A stretch of DNA of 64,000 bases from an uncultured Actinomycetes bacterium. Lineage in GTDB: Bacteria; Actinomycetota; Thermoleophilia; UBA2241. A model generated the notes under the pieces. The model was given only the letters and a program-made list of their open reading frames with translations, made no database searches and had not been told where the DNA came from. Of the stretch, positions 60,526 through 64,000 are shown piece after piece (the stretch's first letter is position 1; each line of letters begins with the position of its first letter). Both the position numbers and the translations under genes were made by a program. The stretch lies in the NCBI GenBank assembly GCA_963709345.1, contig CAVPVX010000007.1, positions 640,001 to 704,000 of the forward strand, in the 5' to 3' direction.

Positions 60526-61527
60526 TCAGAGCCGCCCGGTCCACGTCTTGCCGCCGTTCGTCGTGCGCAGCAGCACGCCGTTGTCGCCGGCGACCCAGCC
60601 GTGAGTCCGGTCGACGAAGCAGACCGCATTGAGCGACTTGGTGGTGCCCGTCTTGAGCCGCTTCCAGTGCCTGCCGCCGTCCGTCGTCTTGAGCACGCGG
60701 CCGCCGGCGCCCGCCGCGTAGCCCACCTTGGTGTTGACGAAGTCCACGCCCGTGAGGCGTGCCGTGCAGCCCGACTGCTGCTTGGTCCACGAGACGCCCG
60801 CCTTGGCCGTCTTCACGATACGGCCGCCGTCACCGACCGCCCAGCCCGTGAGTTTGCCGGGGAAGTCGAGGTCGTAGTAGTACCGGTACTTGACCTTGAA
60901 GGAGGGAAGGAGGCGCCGTACCCACTTGCCGCCGGCGTTGGCCGTAGCGTAGACGCCGCCGCTGCGGCCCCACTTGAGCACGTAGCACCTCTTCGTCGTG
61001 GGAGCGCTCACGCGCGAGAAGCCTCCCGATCCGTCGGGCGCCGGCTTGTCCAGTTGCGCCGTCCACGTCTTGCCGCCGTCGTCCGTCCGGGCGATGCCGC
61101 CCCCGGACTCGGACGTCCCGTTGGACCAGCCCGCCCAGCCACGCGTGAGGCTCACGAAGTCGGCCTGGTTGTAGTTGCCGCCCCCGGCGAACGCAGGATC
61201 CCAGGTGTCGCCGCCGTCGGTGGTGTACTCGACGCCGCCGTAGCCCCACACGCCGATCGTCTTGCTTGCGAACGCCACGAACGAGAGATCGTTACCGGCC
61301 AGGATCTGATCGGCGACGGGGAGCCAGACCGCTCCGCCGTCGGTCGTCCTCCACACCCTCTTGGTGCCGGTCGCATCGTCGACGCCGGAGACCCACCCGT
61401 GGGTGCGGGTGACGAACGACATGGACATGTAGTCGGGGCTTGCTCCGGCCACGCCGACGGGTAGCGCAAGCGCGCACAGCACAAGTACGAAGAGCCCCAG
61501 GATCACGAGGCGACGGACAGCATTCAT
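60526..61527 (-). CDS. Secreted YCF48/BNR-repeat beta-propeller protein
   Basis: Signal peptide; repeated F...GW.VG..G....T.DGG..W units. Confidence 0.9.
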   Translation of the reverse strand: MNAVRRLVILGLFVLVLCALALPVGVAGASPDYMSMSFVTRTHGWVSGVDDATGTKRVWRTTDGGAVWLPVADQILAGNDLSFVAFASKTIGVWGYGGVEYTTDGGDTWDPAFAGGGNYNQADFVSLTRGWAGWSNGTSESGGGIARTDDGGKTWTAQLDKPAPDGSGGFSRVSAPTTKRCYVLKWGRSGGVYATANAGGKWVRRLLPSFKVKYRYYYDLDFPGKLTGWAVGDGGRIVKTAKAGVSWTKQQSGCTARLTGVDFVNTKVGYAAGAGGRVLKTTDGGRHWKRLKTGTTKSLNAVCFVDRTHGWVAGDNGVLLRTTNGGKTWTGRL

Positions 61528-61702
61528 GGCTCTCCCCTCCACGGTCGACCTCCACCATCACAAGCATACTCCCATGGTCCAACGATTCCAGGCGTCGGGG
61601 GGACGGCTCCGGCCTGTGCGCGCCCGGCGGACTGCGGTACGCTTGCCGCACCGACCCCCGGCGGGCGTCGCCCGCCGGGAGCGGAGATGAGCCGGAGGTG
61701 AC

Positions 61703-62185
61703 GTGGGCGCGACCCGGTACGTGAGCGTCATCGGCGCGAGCCGCGCCTCGGCGGAGCTGGCCGCGAAGGCCGAGGAGCTCGGGGAGCTCCTCGCAGAGCG
61801 CGGCTGCGTCGTCGTCTGCGGCGGCCGCGAGGGCGTCATGGAGGCCGTCGCTCGCGGGGCGAAGAAGATGGGCGGCGTCACGCTCGGCATCCTGCCGGAG
61901 GCCGACCGCCACCGCGCCGCCCCCGGCCTCACCTACAGCGTCTGCAGCGCCATGGGCCACGCGCGCAATCTGAGCGTCGTGGCCAGCGGCGACGTCGTCA
62001 TCGCCCTCGGCGGCGCCTGGGGTACGCTCAGCGAGATCGCCCTGGCGCGCAGCGTCGGCAAGCACGTGATCTTGCTGGACACGTGGGACGTCACGCCGCC
62101 GGAAGGCGGCGAGCTCGACGGGGTGCGACGGGCGGAGACGCCCGCCGAGGCCGTCGAGCTGGCGCTCGCCACGCTCGGTGACTGA
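61703..62185 (+). CDS. TIGR00725 family (LOG/Rossmann-like) protein
   Basis: VCGGREGVMEA, GILP, MGHARN, GAWGTLSEIA. Confidence 0.9.
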   Translation: MGATRYVSVIGASRASAELAAKAEELGELLAERGCVVVCGGREGVMEAVARGAKKMGGVTLGILPEADRHRAAPGLTYSVCSAMGHARNLSVVASGDVVIALGGAWGTLSEIALARSVGKHVILLDTWDVTPPEGGELDGVRRAETPAEAVELALATLGD

Positions 62186-62285
62186 ATCGTCCACCACCCG
62201 TACGGTGTCTGGGACACACCTGTGACCGTATCCCTGCTATAGTATCCGCCCCCTGGCGGGGCGATGCGCAAGTTCAGGAGAGACG

Positions 62286-64000
62286 GTGCGGAGCGACGAC
62301 TCGAGATGCAGGCCTGCCGACGCCAAGCTGCTCCATCCGCGGCTTGACGAAGCCAGCCTCCGCGACGACGCCGTCGCCGCGTTCGCGTCGGCCTTCAAGC
62401 GCCGGCTTACCTTGGTGTGCGCGCCGGCCGGATACGGCAAGACGACCACCACGGCCGCCGTGCTCGACCGCCTCGGCTGCCAAGCCGCCTGGTACAAGCT
62501 GGACGTGCTCGACCACGATCCACTCGTCTTCCTCATGGCGATCGTCCGTGCCCTGCGCAGCCGTACTCCCGGCTTCGGCGAGACGCTGCTCCGCGAACTC
62601 GAAGCCGGCTCGGCGACCGACCTGCCCGCCGAGAGCCTCGCAGCTCTGTTCGTCTCCGCCTGCGAAGCATCGCTCCGCTCCAGACAACACCTCGTCCTCG
62701 ACGACTACCACGAGGCCGCCGGCTCCCGTGACCTCGACCGGATGCTGTCCTACCTGCTGGCCAACTCGCCGGCCGACCTCCACTTCGTCGTCCTCACCCG
62801 CTACGAACCGTCCTTCCCCGTGGAGAAGATGCACCTCGAAGGCGATCTGTCGCGTATCGACAGCCAGCTCCTGCGCTTCGACGCGGACCAGGTAGCCACC
62901 GTCATCCAGCAGCGCTCCGGGCAGCGCCACGACCCGGAGCACATCACCCGCCTCCTCGCGCTCACGGAAGGATGGCCGGCAAGCGTAGTCCTTGCCGGGA
63001 TGGCCCTGACCTGGCTGGACGCGGCCTCTCTCGAGAGCGCACTGGCCGACCCGAGACTGAAGACCGACATGTACTCCTACCTCGCCGAGCAGGTGTTCCA
63101 GCGAGAAGCGGCGGACGTTCGCGCCTTTCTCCTGCGCACCTGCTGCCTCGAGCACCTCACCCTCGAACTGGCGGAACTGCTGGCGCCGGCCGGAGACTCC
63201 CACCGGCACCTGCGCCACCTGTCCAGCAACCGGGTGTTCACGTTCGTCGCCGATCGGCAGGGTGCATTTCGCTACCACACCCTGTTCCGCGAGTTCCTCC
63301 GCCAGCGCGTCGTCCAGGATGAGGGTGAGCGTGCGTTCCACGCCCTGCAGGTCGACACCGCGGTGGCGCTCGAAGAGTCGGGTGACAGCCGGCGAGCGGT
63401 GGAACTGCTGCTCGCCGCCAACTCACCCGGAGCCGCCCTCGACGTGATCGCGCGCGCCGGCGAAGCGGGTCTGGATCGCTGCACGACGGAGCAACTCGGC
63501 TCGTGGCTCAAGCGAATCCGCCCGTCGCCGACGGGCGACCGGCCCTGGGCGCTCATCCTCTCCGGAGCGCTGGGCGCGCGCGACGGCGGCTTCGGCGCCG
63601 CCCTGTCGGATCTGCGGCGCGCGTGCGCGCTCCTCGAGCGAGCCGGCGACACGGCGGGGCTGTACGAGGCTCTCTCGATCACCGAGTGCACGGAGTTCTG
63701 GGCCGACGACCCGGAGGCGTGCATCAAGACCTGCCACCGAGCGCTTCCGCTCGCGCAGACGGACGCGCAGAGACTGCACACGCTCCTGAGTCTTCTCTCT
63801 GCCGCCCTGGACATGCGGACGTGGGACGAGGTCGATTCGGCGTCTCGCCAGACCGCGGCCTTCCTTCCCCACGCCCAGCCCGACGAGATCATGCGAGCCC
63901 AGGCGCTGCGGGCACACGCTTCTTTCTACCAGGGCGACATCCGATCTGCCCGGCGCACGATAATCGTGAGCCACCACCCGGGTCAGACGATCGGACTGAA
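62286..64000 (+). CDS. MalT-like STAND ATPase transcriptional regulator, 5' part (runs off the window; not in the ORF track)
   Basis: GTG after CAGGAG; translated by hand: LVCAPAGYGKTT, LVLDDYH, TEGWPA, YLAEQVF, FRYHTLFREFL; the frame checked at the start and end shows no stop. Confidence 0.9.
   Translation, partial: MRSDDSRCRPADAKLLHPRLDEASLRDDAVAAFASAFKRRLTLVCAPAGYGKTTTTAAVLDRLGCQAAWYKLDVLDHDPLVFLMAIVRALRSRTPGFGETLLRELEAGSATDLPAESLAALFVSACEASLRSRQHLVLDDYHEAAGSRDLDRMLSYLLANSPADLHFVVLTRYEPSFPVEKMHLEGDLSRIDSQLLRFDADQVATVIQQRSGQRHDPEHITRLLALTEGWPASVVLAGMALTWLDAASLESALADPRLKTDMYSYLAEQVFQREAADVRAFLLRTCCLEHLTLELAELLAPAGDSHRHLRHLSSNRVFTFVADRQGAFRYHTLFREFLRQRVVQDEGERAFHALQVDTAVALEESGDSRRAVELLLAANSPGAALDVIARAGEAGLDRCTTEQLGSWLKRIRPSPTGDRPWALILSGALGARDGGFGAALSDLRRACALLERAGDTAGLYEALSITECTEFWADDPEACIKTCHRALPLAQTDAQRLHTLLSLLSAALDMRTWDEVDSASRQTAAFLPHAQPDEIMRAQALRAHASFYQGDIRSARRTIIVSHHPGQTIGL

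Noticed and set aside
62274-63977. Minus-strand ORFs at the right end
   Set aside because: Antisense to the MalT-like regulator, which carries the recognisable motifs

Overview
High-GC bacterial chromosome segment. Gene content and rpoC features suggest a deep-branching Actinomycetota, probably an anaerobic Thermoleophilia-like lineage (inference). About 33 kb (14.7-47.3 kb, minus strand) is the intact core translation/transcription supercluster: rpmG-tRNA-Trp-secE-nusG-rplKAJL-rpoBC-rpsLG-fusA-tuf, then the S10, spc and alpha operons. A self-contained 8.2 kb redox/sulfur-trafficking operon sits between rplQ and ecfA1-ecfA2-ecfT-truA, genes that are often directly adjacent. Its order is ArsR, TusA, variant MvhD, HdrA with an NAD(P)H-oxidoreductase insert (HdrL-like), a second HdrA, a small wHTH protein, HdrC-like, a CCG protein with only one intact cluster site, DsrE2 and an FmdB zinc ribbon. 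This is the best candidate for an uncharacterised system, possibly NADH-linked turnover of protein-bound persulfide. The left end holds a ferredoxin, a frameshifted ROK kinase and an LCP protein. The right end is accessory: CPBP protease, MTAP, degenerate M23, a probable ECF-sigma/zinc anti-sigma remnant, CAP protein, a DUF1998 helicase (one frameshift), two tandem secreted papain-like proteases (the second with at least 7 indels), GNAT, YCF48-like, TIGR00725 and the start of a MalT-like regulator. No CRISPR, rRNA or mobile-element genes were seen. All calls come from reading motifs by eye, without database searches.
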